The notes beneath the pieces are model-generated. The model was not told the DNA's origin. It made no database searches and saw only the letters and a list, made by a program, of their open reading frames with translations. Position numbers and translations under genes: made by a program. Shown here one piece after another: positions 40,597 to 49,635 of a stretch of DNA of 64,000 nt. This stretch comes from Gemmatimonadaceae bacterium. GTDB taxonomy: Bacteria; Gemmatimonadota; Gemmatimonadetes; Gemmatimonadales; Gemmatimonadaceae. Location of the stretch: positions 128,001 to 192,000 of the forward strand of contig JBJMOW010000002.1 of NCBI GenBank assembly GCA_045803545.1, in the 5' to 3' direction. Within the stretch, counting starts at the first letter, position 1. Every line of letters begins with the position of its first letter.

Positions 40597-41201
40597 TCAA
40601 AGCCGGTGCTTTGTTCGCGATGGTGGTAGTGTTCGCCTGCTCTCACGGATCCGAGGCGCCAAAGGATACAGCGAGCGCGGGGGTTGCAGTTACGTCTACC
40701 GGACCTGCAGGGAGTTATCCGATGACGTTAAGAGTCACGTCCACCGCATTCGAGCAGGGCGGGTCGATTCCAACGCAGTATACCTGCGAGGGTAAAGACA
40801 TCTCACCACCGTTGTCATGGTCGGGCTTGCCGAACAACGCGAAAAGTGTCGCGATGATCGTTGACGACCCCGATGCGCCCGATCCGGCAAAGCCGCGGCG
40901 AGTGTACGTGCACTGGGTGCTCTACAACATTCCCGCGCAGACCACTTCGCTGTCAGAGAATGCGTCGAAGTCCGGAATGCCAGCCGGCGCAGTGCAAGGC
41001 AAGAACGACTGGGATAAACCGGAGTACGGCGGGCCATGTCCCCCGATCGGTCGTCACCGCTACTTCTTCACGCTCTACGCACTCGATACAGTGCTCAGCG
41101 GATTGAACGATGCAACCAAAGCGGACCTCGAGCGAGCGATGAAAGGTCACATCGTCGATTCAGGAGAGCTGATGGGAACGTATCAAAAGACCAAGCCTTA
41201 G
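40593..41201 (+). CDS. YbhB/YbcL (PEBP/Raf kinase inhibitor-like) lipoprotein
   Basis: Lipobox VFAC; YTCEGKDISPPLSW, DDPDAP, HWVLYNIP, YGGPCPP..HRYFFTLYALD. Confidence 0.88.
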   Translation: MIKAGALFAMVVVFACSHGSEAPKDTASAGVAVTSTGPAGSYPMTLRVTSTAFEQGGSIPTQYTCEGKDISPPLSWSGLPNNAKSVAMIVDDPDAPDPAKPRRVYVHWVLYNIPAQTTSLSENASKSGMPAGAVQGKNDWDKPEYGGPCPPIGRHRYFFTLYALDTVLSGLNDATKADLERAMKGHIVDSGELMGTYQKTKP

Positions 41202-41214
41202 AGATTCGCGCGCG

Positions 41215-41254
41215 AAAAAAAAAAGTCGGACGGTGTTTGCCGTCCGACTTTTCC
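41215..41254. terminator. Bidirectional intrinsic terminator
   Basis: AAAAGTCGGACGG-TGTTTG-CCGTCCGACTTTT hairpin with an A10 run on the left, between convergent genes. Confidence 0.85.
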
Positions 41255-41272
41255 ATTGTGGTGAGTCTCAGC

Positions 41273-42388
41273 TCAACGTCCGATCAAACAGCCTTCGATT
41301 TTGACGTTGTCCCAGTTCATCTGCACCAGGAATGGCTTTCCGCCAACGGAAAGGTTCCAATAGCCGAGCGCGTTCCGGGTCAGCGTCGAGCCGTAGTGGT
41401 AGGCGCATTTGTCGGCGTTTTCACCGAAGTTGGTATCATACCAGCCGTAGAAGAACTTCTTGTCCCATACCTTTACCGGGTCGGTAGCGGTTTCCTCGAT
41501 CTCGTGGATCATCGCGCTCACCGTACCATCAGCGCCGACATCTCCGTTAGGGGCTCCGTTCTGCGGAACGCAAAGGTAGTGGAAGCCGTCAGGATTGTTT
41601 GACGGGTGCGCCGGAGTAAAATCGGCATCGTAGGGCATCGCGGAGTACTGAACGATGCGTCCGTCCGGAGCGAGATACGCGGAGTGCCACGCACAATACT
41701 GCAGGTTAGTGCGTGAGAAGCCGCCGCCGAGATTTACGCCGGGACCCGTGAAGATCTGGTAGAGGGTGTTTGGATCGTAAGTGATGGCGCCGCTCGCAAA
41801 CCCTTGCTCGATCAAGGCGGCCATTCTTCCTTGAGTCACGACCTCGCCGGAAACTGGCGCACTCAGTTTCGCGGGGCCGTTCTTCGGCGCCCAGAATCCG
41901 ATGTACCTCATCGAGTTATTGATGTATTCGGTGTTGCCGCCTTCGTTCTGGAAATAAGTCGAGTTGATGTTCCAGTAGGGCGTGCCGCCGATATTCCTGA
42001 GGAAATGGCCGACGAGAGATCCATCACTGCTTGGCGAGCCGGCGCTCCCAGGTCGAGGGCCATTGGTGTAAATGCGGTCGCCCGAATAGTAAATGGCGAC
42101 GTGTTTCATGTCGCGAATCACCGCACCGTTCCAGTAGAGGATGTTCTGCGGATTTGGTCCCGCCACGCCGTCCCTGGCGTCGCGGGTAACAATTGCTGAC
42201 TGCGCTTCCCCTGCCGCTAGCGGCAACGGCTCAGACTTATGGATCGGTGCGAACTGAATACCCGCGCCGATATCGGCATCTTTCGCGACGCCCCCGACAG
42301 TGAGCTGGTGAGTAGCAGTGGGATCTTCAGCGCATGCCGCGAATGCGAACGCCGCTGCGAAGAGAGAGAGGAAACGAAAACGATTCAT
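41273..42388 (-). CDS. Lipoprotein with a Phi-1/EXORDIUM-like domain
   Basis: Lipobox FAAC; YCAWHS, APNGDVGADG, HEIEETATDP, ENADKC, FLVQMNWD. Confidence 0.7.
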   Translation of the reverse strand: MNRFRFLSLFAAAFAFAACAEDPTATHQLTVGGVAKDADIGAGIQFAPIHKSEPLPLAAGEAQSAIVTRDARDGVAGPNPQNILYWNGAVIRDMKHVAIYYSGDRIYTNGPRPGSAGSPSSDGSLVGHFLRNIGGTPYWNINSTYFQNEGGNTEYINNSMRYIGFWAPKNGPAKLSAPVSGEVVTQGRMAALIEQGFASGAITYDPNTLYQIFTGPGVNLGGGFSRTNLQYCAWHSAYLAPDGRIVQYSAMPYDADFTPAHPSNNPDGFHYLCVPQNGAPNGDVGADGTVSAMIHEIEETATDPVKVWDKKFFYGWYDTNFGENADKCAYHYGSTLTRNALGYWNLSVGGKPFLVQMNWDNVKIEGCLIGR

Positions 42389-42487
42389 TACAAACCCCTA
42401 ATGTGAATGGTGGAACGCACACAAAAAAAACAAACTCGATGTCCTGCGAAGAACATCGAATTTGTTGTCAATCGCTTGTCAATTCAG

Positions 42488-44065
42488 CTACAGACCGAGA
42501 GCGCGCTGAACGTTGATTCTACCCTTGCCCAGGCTTGGATTGATCGGATCTGCCGTCCGCTCAATCATTTGCTTGATCTTCTGCGGCTGCTTCTTCCCAA
42601 ATTCGGCAACTAGCAATGCGGCCAGACCAGATACATGCGGCGAAGCCTGGCTCGTACCAATGTCACCGACAAGCTGCCCGCCCGTCGCGCAACCCGCGTC
42701 GCGTACGAGGTCGCCGAAAACGCCGGTCTTTCCAACGATGTTCATTCTGGTTCTGGTGCAGAAAGACCAGACCGCCGACGCCGTGCTTGTGCGATTGGGT
42801 GGAGCTCCCCACGGCCAACCATCGCTTGGCAGGAGGTGGCTACCATCAGCCGAAAGAATGCCGTTTCCGCCCGGGCCAGCGACGCTGATAACCGAACGGC
42901 CATAGTTCGTGTAAAAAGCCGGCGCGTCGGGATTGCCTGTCCAGGTCGTCGGTCCAACTGCAGCGACGCAGACAACATGGGGAGCGTCGCAGAACGACGC
43001 AAACAAGTTCCCATTATGCTGGAGATCGGTCGACTCGTTCCCTGCTGACGTGACGATCAGCATTCCCTGCTGCTTTGCGTAATTAAAGACGCGATTGATC
43101 AGGCTGACGAGACGTCCATTGCCCGCCTTCGCAAACGCACCGCCTAGGCTCATGTTGGCGATGTCCGCCCCTTGATCGGCGGCGAAAAGAACGCCGCTGA
43201 GAATCTGGCCGAAGTTCCCCTGACCATTGCGACCGAGAACCTTCACGCCAATGAGAGTCGTCCTGGCAGTGACTCCGGCGAACGCAAAGGCACGGCTGCT
43301 TACCGTCGCACCCACGTTGGTTCCGTGTCCGTTGTAGTCCTGAATGGGATTGCGCGTCGGGAAGCGAGTGGCCGTAATCTCGGCATCGGAAATGGTAAGT
43401 GTGTCGGCGTGCGGGTTTGAACTGCTTGTGTCGCCGACCCACGCGTCGGCGAAGGATGCTGAGCGAGACAAATCGACAAGCGTCCTCAGATCCCTGTTGT
43501 CGTAGTCCAAGCCCGTATCGATGATCGCAACCGTCACACCTGGATCACCAAGCCTACCATGGGACCAAGCTGGATCAGCGCGAATGAGACGCATGTCCCA
43601 CTGCCACGACCCAAGAATTGCCGCAGTCGGGTCACCTGTGCCGGGTACCGGAGCGGGATCGGCGTCTGTGACTAGAGCGGGATCGGCGTCTGTGCCTAGA
43701 ATGTTGGATGCGTCAGCAGAAACGGTCGCGCTCGGTTCATCAAGTCCTACTAAGAAATCCGCATCTACTTCGGTGACACCTGCCACAGCGCTCAGCTGTG
43801 AAGCTGCGCTTGCCGTTAGACCCGACACGGTGGCAAATCCGGTGGCCGGGTGAAAAAAGGTGACGCGACCCCCAAGGCTGGCGACTGCTGCAGGGAAGTC
43901 TTTGTCGTTGCCCTTGGTCAGAACGATGTAATCCCTTACCTGCGAACTTCCCAGAACCGTCATGCTGGGCACGGCAGGCGCCTTAATGGGTCCGACCGCG
44001 TCTTCGGAGCATGCAGCGAACGCGAGGCTTACGAAAAGCGCTGCACCGGGTTTTCTAAGATTCAT
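42488..44065 (-). CDS. S8 subtilisin-like serine protease, lipoprotein
   Basis: Lipobox FAAC; catalytic triad motifs IIDTG, NGHGTNV, GTSQASPHV; ANMSLG, SAGN. Confidence 0.92.
   Translation of the reverse strand: MNLRKPGAALFVSLAFAACSEDAVGPIKAPAVPSMTVLGSSQVRDYIVLTKGNDKDFPAAVASLGGRVTFFHPATGFATVSGLTASAASQLSAVAGVTEVDADFLVGLDEPSATVSADASNILGTDADPALVTDADPAPVPGTGDPTAAILGSWQWDMRLIRADPAWSHGRLGDPGVTVAIIDTGLDYDNRDLRTLVDLSRSASFADAWVGDTSSSNPHADTLTISDAEITATRFPTRNPIQDYNGHGTNVGATVSSRAFAFAGVTARTTLIGVKVLGRNGQGNFGQILSGVLFAADQGADIANMSLGGAFAKAGNGRLVSLINRVFNYAKQQGMLIVTSAGNESTDLQHNGNLFASFCDAPHVVCVAAVGPTTWTGNPDAPAFYTNYGRSVISVAGPGGNGILSADGSHLLPSDGWPWGAPPNRTSTASAVWSFCTRTRMNIVGKTGVFGDLVRDAGCATGGQLVGDIGTSQASPHVSGLAALLVAEFGKKQPQKIKQMIERTADPINPSLGKGRINVQRALGL
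43651..43698. repeat. 24-bp tandem duplication within the subtilase gene
   Basis: GAGCGGGATCGGCGTCTGTGACTA followed by GAGCGGGATCGGCGTCTGTGCCTA (one mismatch); encodes TDADPA twice. Confidence 0.9.
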
Positions 44066-44160
44066 GGCGATGGCAGTGAGAGTTTCGGCGGGTGTCTGAA
44101 GCGGTGTAAGCTCTGCAGTAAAACCAATTCCGCAAGGAGGGGGGCGGAAAACGAGCGGCA

Positions 44161-44189
44161 AACATGTGTAGTAACGCACGACCTGTCAA
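44161..44189 (-). promoter_or_regulatory. Putative sigma-70 promoter for the subtilase gene
   Basis: Minus strand TTGACA-N17-CATGTT. Confidence 0.55.
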
Positions 44190-44279
44190 GAAAAACTTCG
44201 CGCGACGCCCGACATTTTACAGAACGGGCATGATCCGGGTTATCCGAGTCGGATTTCACCCTACAGTTAGATTTCCGCC

Positions 44280-44780
44280 ATGCCGCAACCAGCTTCATTC
44301 GACGTAACCACCGGCGTCGACCTCCAGGAAGTCGATAACGCCGTAAACCAGGCGCAGAAGGAGATATCGCAGCGCTACGACTTCAAGGGATCACCCGCGA
44401 CCATCGAGCTAAATCGGACCGAAGGGAAAATCTCCCTCACCGCCGAGAACGACTACAAGATGAACGCACTGTGGGACGTCCTTCAGTCGAAGCTGATACG
44501 GCGCGGCGTCTCAGTGAAAAATCTGGATCCCGGTGAAATCCAACCGGCTGGCGGTGATACGGTCCGACGTGAAGTAGCGCTGAAGATGAATCTGGACGGC
44601 GACACCGCCAAGAAAATCTCCGCCGCCATCAAGGACGCAAAGCTGAAAAAAGTTCAGGCAGCAATCCAGGGCGATCAGGTTCGGGTCACCTCTCCCTCAC
44701 GCGACGATCTCCAGGAAGCGATATCCCTTCTTCGGTCCAAGCACTTCGGCGTCGAGTTGAAATTCGGCAACTACCGATGA
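44280..44780 (+). CDS. yajQ: YajQ-family nucleotide/c-di-GMP-binding protein
   Basis: SFDV..DLQEVDNAVNQA..RYDFKG, KVQAAIQGDQVRVT..RDDLQ, FGNYR. Confidence 0.94.
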   Translation: MPQPASFDVTTGVDLQEVDNAVNQAQKEISQRYDFKGSPATIELNRTEGKISLTAENDYKMNALWDVLQSKLIRRGVSVKNLDPGEIQPAGGDTVRREVALKMNLDGDTAKKISAAIKDAKLKKVQAAIQGDQVRVTSPSRDDLQEAISLLRSKHFGVELKFGNYR

Positions 44781-44808
44781 CCCGCTTCCCGCCTCCCTCC
44801 TCCCGCCT
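44781..44808 (+). repeat. Heptamer tandem repeat, four copies, between yajQ and rimO
   Basis: CCCGCTT CCCGCCT CCCTCCT CCCGCCT. Confidence 0.75.
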
Positions 44809-44814
44809 CTCCCT

Positions 44815-46206
44815 TTGAAGGTCGGTCTCATCACACTCGGCTGCGACAAGAACACCGTCGACAGCGAACGATATCTCGCTCAGCTCTCCGATTACTCAGC
44901 CGAGTACACGCCGCAGCTCGAACATGCCGAGCTGATCATCGTGAACACCTGCGGTTTCATCGATGCGGCGAAGAAGGAGTCCATCGACGCCATCGTCGAA
45001 GCTGCGCGTTACAAGAGCGAAGGCCAGTGCCAGGCAGTCGTTGCAGTCGGCTGCATGATCGAGCGTCACAAGCAGGAGCTCGTTGACGCGTTGCCCGAGG
45101 TGGACATCTTCCTCGGCTCCTCGGAGATGCAGCGCCTTGTTCCAGAGCTCAATGAGCGCGGTTTGCTTGGGCCCGCTACCGAGGAGCTGCATCCAGGCGT
45201 GCGCCTCTACGCCGGTGATCTCCCACACGTTCGCTACTTGAAGATCAGCGAAGGCTGCGATCATGGCTGCGCGTTTTGTGCGATCCCGCTGATGCGCGGG
45301 AAGCACCGCTCCTTTGCGCTCGATGAAGTCGTGCGCGAAGCGCAGATGCTGGAGCTGCAAGGTGCTCGCGAGCTGAACCTCGTCGCTCAGGATCTTGCGC
45401 ATTATGGCCGTGATCGGCGCGATGCAGTAAAGCTCCCCGAGCTGCTGGAGGCACTGGTGAACGAGACGTCAGTCCCGTGGATCCGCATGCTCTATCTCTA
45501 TTCGGCTGGTATCACTGATCGTTTGCTCGACGTCGTGGCGCGCCACGATCGGATCCTTCCCTATCTCGACATGCCGATTCAGCACGGCTCGGACGACGTG
45601 CTTGCGCGCATGCGGCGGCCCGAGCGCAAGCGGACCATACGCGAGAAAGTGCGGAAGTTCCGCGACGCGATTCCCGGCGTCGCAATACGCACGACGTGCA
45701 TCGTTGGTTTCCCGGGTGAGACCGATGCGCAGTTCGACGAGCTGCTGGAGTTTCTACAGGAGATGCAGTTCGAGCGCGTTGGGGCATTTACGTATTCGCC
45801 GCAGGAAGGCACGCGCGCCGCGCAATTCGCGGACGATGTCCATGATGCAATCAAGCGCGAGCGGCTGGAGAGGTTGACCGAGATTCAGCGCGCGATAACC
45901 GTTGAGAAGTATGAAGGTCGAGTCGGGCGCAGTGCGCAGGTCCTTGTCGATCGTGTCGAGCAGGAGCGTGGCACATCGCAGGGTCGTCTGCGCTGGCAGG
46001 CTGACGACATCGACGGAGTGACCTACATCGACGAAGCACTGGCGCCGGGCACCATCTGCGAGGTGGCGGTCGAGGAGGTAGTCGACGATTACGATTTTCA
46101 GGCCTCCTTCATTCGCACCGTACTTCCGGCCAGCGCGCCCGAGCGCCGCAGGCTTTCGCGCACGCTTCCACTCAAGCAGGTGACGATCGGCAGCTACGGA
46201 CGATAA
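44815..46206 (+). CDS. rimO: Ribosomal protein S12 methylthiotransferase RimO
   Basis: LGCDKNTVDSE, NTCGFI, YLKISEGCDHGCAFCAIP (radical SAM CxxxCxxC), YLDMPIQH, IVGFPGET. Confidence 0.95.
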   Translation: MKVGLITLGCDKNTVDSERYLAQLSDYSAEYTPQLEHAELIIVNTCGFIDAAKKESIDAIVEAARYKSEGQCQAVVAVGCMIERHKQELVDALPEVDIFLGSSEMQRLVPELNERGLLGPATEELHPGVRLYAGDLPHVRYLKISEGCDHGCAFCAIPLMRGKHRSFALDEVVREAQMLELQGARELNLVAQDLAHYGRDRRDAVKLPELLEALVNETSVPWIRMLYLYSAGITDRLLDVVARHDRILPYLDMPIQHGSDDVLARMRRPERKRTIREKVRKFRDAIPGVAIRTTCIVGFPGETDAQFDELLEFLQEMQFERVGAFTYSPQEGTRAAQFADDVHDAIKRERLERLTEIQRAITVEKYEGRVGRSAQVLVDRVEQERGTSQGRLRWQADDIDGVTYIDEALAPGTICEVAVEEVVDDYDFQASFIRTVLPASAPERRRLSRTLPLKQVTIGSYGR

Positions 46207-46207
46207 G

Positions 46208-47479
46208 ATGCGCTCGTCCGAAATAATGTCTCGCGCCCGCTCGTTATTCCCAGGCGGTGTTAATTCCCCTGTTCGCGCGTTCCGCGGTGTTGGCGGCGAG
46301 CCGATCGTAGTCGAACGTGGCGAAGGAGCGCGCATTTGGGACGTCGACGGTAAGGAGTACATCGACTTCGTTCTTTCATGGGGTCCCCTCGTACTCGGCC
46401 ACTCGTCGCCGATCGTCATCGATGCCGTCGCTGACGCAATGCAACGGGGCACCAGCTTCGGCATGCCGACTGAGGCCGAGGTCCAGTTAGGCGATCTCGT
46501 CCGACAGCGGATGCCGCAAATCGAAATGATGCGCTTTGTTTCGAGTGGTACCGAGGCGACGATGAGCGCCATTCGGCTCGCGCGCGCTCACACGGGTCGC
46601 GACGCAATTCTCAAGTTTGAAGGCTGTTACCACGGACACGCCGACTCATTTCTCGTTCGTGCCGGGTCCGGCGTTGCAACACTCGGACTCCCGGATTCAC
46701 CCGGAGTCCCAGCCCCATTGGCTGGCCTTACGCTGACAGCTCCGTACAACGATCTCGACGGCGCCCGCGATCTGGCGCGCAAGAGCGAAATCGCTGCAAT
46801 TATCGTTGAGCCTGTCGTCGGCAACTCCGGCTTCATTCCGCCGGACGACGGATTCCTCGAGGGTCTTCGCTCGCTCGCGGACGAAATCGGTGCTTTGCTG
46901 ATTTTCGATGAGGTCATGACCGGGTTTCGCATCGCTCCTGGAGGTGCACGCGACCGGTTTGGCGTTAATGCTGACCTTACGACCCTGGGAAAAGTGATTG
47001 GTGGCGGATTGCCGGTGGCGTTATACGGCGGGCGACGAGAAATCATGGAACGCGTTGCCCCTGCGGGGCCGGTATACCAGGCTGGAACGTTGTCCGGGAA
47101 TCCGCTCGCGATGGCGGCAGGAATCGCAACACTGACCGCGCTCACGCCGGCGCTACACGCGAAACTGGAAAAGAAGACCGCGACGCTGGTCGGAGGTTTG
47201 CAAAAGATTGCCAGCGACCTTGCAGTGCCTTTTACGGCTGACTGCGCCGGGTCGATGTGGGGTTTTTTCTTCGCGGCTCAGCCTGTTCGCAACTTCTCGG
47301 ATGCCAAAGCTTCTGACGTAAACATGTTCCGTCGTTTCTTCCACGCTGCCCTCGAACGGGGTGTCTATCTCGCACCATCTGCGTTCGAGGCATGCTTCAT
47401 GTCCGCTGCGCACAGCGACCAGGATATTGGGGAGGCACTCGACAAAATGCGTGATGCGATGAAGGTGGCCCGTGCTTAA
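46208..47479 (+). CDS. hemL: Glutamate-1-semialdehyde 2,1-aminomutase
   Basis: PGGVNSPVRAF, SGTEATMSAIRLAR, FEGCYHGH, FDEVMTGFR, GKVIGGGLP, YQAGTLSGNP. Confidence 0.96.
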   Translation: MRSSEIMSRARSLFPGGVNSPVRAFRGVGGEPIVVERGEGARIWDVDGKEYIDFVLSWGPLVLGHSSPIVIDAVADAMQRGTSFGMPTEAEVQLGDLVRQRMPQIEMMRFVSSGTEATMSAIRLARAHTGRDAILKFEGCYHGHADSFLVRAGSGVATLGLPDSPGVPAPLAGLTLTAPYNDLDGARDLARKSEIAAIIVEPVVGNSGFIPPDDGFLEGLRSLADEIGALLIFDEVMTGFRIAPGGARDRFGVNADLTTLGKVIGGGLPVALYGGRREIMERVAPAGPVYQAGTLSGNPLAMAAGIATLTALTPALHAKLEKKTATLVGGLQKIASDLAVPFTADCAGSMWGFFFAAQPVRNFSDAKASDVNMFRRFFHAALERGVYLAPSAFEACFMSAAHSDQDIGEALDKMRDAMKVARA

Positions 47480-48611
47480 GACCATTCGCTCCCGTGGCGC
47501 ACTGGTCGCCGCACCGGTCCTGACGATTATTGCCTGCGTGTCCTTGACACCGCGCGGTTCCACCGGCGGCAACATCCCGTCCGTGCGGGTCGGCTTGCAA
47601 CCGGGCTCGCGCCAGATGGTCCGAATCCTTCTCGGCACCTTGAGCGACAGCGACGAGTCGCCAGCGACACGTCCTTCCGGGGGCGAATCTTTCGTCACTT
47701 ACGGCGGCAAGCGCTACCGCGGTGAGTTGAGCATCGCACGAAGTGACTCCGGCCGCCTTGTGGTGAACACCCTGTCGATGGATGACTATCTGCGCGGCGT
47801 TGTGCCACTCGAGATTGGGAACCGAACCGCCGCGGAGTTTGCCGCAGTGCAGGCGCAGGCGGTTGCTGCGCGAACCTATGCGTACAAGAATCTCCATCCT
47901 GCGCGAGCCTTCGACATGTACTCGACGGTTCAGGATCAGGTTTACGGCGGTATCGATGCGGAAAAGCCCCAAGCGGACAGCGCGATTGCAACAACATCGG
48001 ACGTCCTGGTGCTGTACAACGGTCAGCCAATCACGACTCCTTACCACTCGACCTGTGGCGGATCGACCGCAGCTGTCACGGAGGTTTGGTACAGCCAGTC
48101 CGACGAGCCTTACCTGCGGCCTGTGAGCGATCGCATTCCTGGGACGAGCAACTACTACTGTGATCCGTCACCGCGGTTTAGCTGGACCCAGAACTTTGAT
48201 GGCGCGGCTCTCCGCGCGGCAATGGAGAAATACCTCTCCGTTTATACCAACGCGCCTAAATCCGGACTCGGTCGGATCACCGACATTCGTGAGACGGGAC
48301 GCACTCCGTCAGGCCGTGTTGCCGCGCTGATCGTTGCAACGGAAACCGGGAGTTATACGTTGCGCGGAAATGACGTTAGGTTCGTGCTGCGCAACGCGGC
48401 TGGTGCAACGCTGAACAGCACGTTTTTCACGTTCAGCGAGCAGAAGACCGGAGGCGAGGTTTCCAGTCTCGTGATAAACGGTCGCGGTTACGGACACGGC
48501 ATCGGCATGTGCCAGTGGGGTGCGATCGGGCGCGCGCGCGCGGGACAGAATTATCGTACGATTCTAGAGACCTATTACCCGGGAACCACGATTGGCCGAA
48601 TCGCCGGCTAG
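47472..48611 (+). CDS. SpoIID/LytB-domain lytic transglycosylase, probable lipoprotein
   Basis: DYLRGVVPLEI, AQAVAARTYA, DQVYGG, YHSTCGG, GYGHGIGMCQWGA, YYPGT. Confidence 0.9.
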   Translation: MLKTIRSRGALVAAPVLTIIACVSLTPRGSTGGNIPSVRVGLQPGSRQMVRILLGTLSDSDESPATRPSGGESFVTYGGKRYRGELSIARSDSGRLVVNTLSMDDYLRGVVPLEIGNRTAAEFAAVQAQAVAARTYAYKNLHPARAFDMYSTVQDQVYGGIDAEKPQADSAIATTSDVLVLYNGQPITTPYHSTCGGSTAAVTEVWYSQSDEPYLRPVSDRIPGTSNYYCDPSPRFSWTQNFDGAALRAAMEKYLSVYTNAPKSGLGRITDIRETGRTPSGRVAALIVATETGSYTLRGNDVRFVLRNAAGATLNSTFFTFSEQKTGGEVSSLVINGRGYGHGIGMCQWGAIGRARAGQNYRTILETYYPGTTIGRIAG

Positions 48612-49635
48612 CGTCAAGGAAACCAAGGCAGCGCGCGAGACCGTTCGACTCGGCCTCGTCGGCGCAGGGGCGATTGCACAGCTCGCACATCTGCCAGCTC
48701 TCGCGAAGGTCAAAGGCGCGGAGCTCGTCGCGCTTTGCGACAACGATGGTCCCAAGGCCAGCGCCATCGCTGAGCGAATGAAAATTCCTGACGTCTTTAC
48801 CGATATCGAAGATCTCCTCGAGCTCGACCAGGTAGACGCAGTCATCATCGCCACACCCAACCATCTGCACGAGCCGCACGTCTTGCGCGCGCTCAAGTCG
48901 AAGGTGGACGTACTGTGTGAGCGCCCGTTGTCGCTGACGTCGCGCGGCGTAGAAAGGATTCTCGCTGCAGCCAAGCAGGCGGGGCGTAAGGTCGTCGTGG
49001 GAAACAATCACCGTTTCCGCAGCGACGTGCAGCAACTCTACCGCTTCCTTCAGGGCGGGGAGCTAGGCCGGCTGATCGGCGTGAGAGCAGGCCAATATCA
49101 ATTCGCTGGAAGCCGTACCGGGTGGCGATTCAGGCGTCCCGAAGCAGGGGGCGGCGCCTTTTTCGAGCATGGCTATCCGCTCGTCGATCTCGCGTTATGG
49201 GTGGCTGATTTCCCGGAGCCGGTCCGCGTCACTGCGCACATGGATCGCGCGCGCGGAGCGACGACCGTCGAAGACTCGATGATCGTCCACGTTGAATGCG
49301 CTGGTGGGACAAGCTTCGCGTTCGACATCTCCTGGTCTTACGTCGGCCAGGAAGAGCGCTGGTGGTTCGAGGTGCTATCGGCGCGCGGCAGCGCGCGACT
49401 GGCACCGCTGCGCGTAGTGAAGCTGCTCAACGGTAAACCAACCGACGTCTCGCCGAGCGGCGCCGCTGCACGCGAGAGCGTCTTTCTGCAATCGTACCGC
49501 GCTGAGCTCGCGCACTTCATCGCCGTCGTGAACGAGACGACGCAATACGAGCCACCAGACGATCAGCTGCAGGTAATCAAGCTGCTGGAAGCGATCTACA
49601 AGGCGGCGGAAGAGGGCAAGGAAATCCGCCTGTAG
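48592..49635 (+). CDS. Gfo/Idh/MocA-family oxidoreductase
   Basis: GLVGAGAIA, IATPNHLH, VLCERP, GGGAFFEHG. Confidence 0.88.
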   Translation: MAESPASVKETKAARETVRLGLVGAGAIAQLAHLPALAKVKGAELVALCDNDGPKASAIAERMKIPDVFTDIEDLLELDQVDAVIIATPNHLHEPHVLRALKSKVDVLCERPLSLTSRGVERILAAAKQAGRKVVVGNNHRFRSDVQQLYRFLQGGELGRLIGVRAGQYQFAGSRTGWRFRRPEAGGGAFFEHGYPLVDLALWVADFPEPVRVTAHMDRARGATTVEDSMIVHVECAGGTSFAFDISWSYVGQEERWWFEVLSARGSARLAPLRVVKLLNGKPTDVSPSGAAARESVFLQSYRAELAHFIAVVNETTQYEPPDDQLQVIKLLEAIYKAAEEGKEIRL

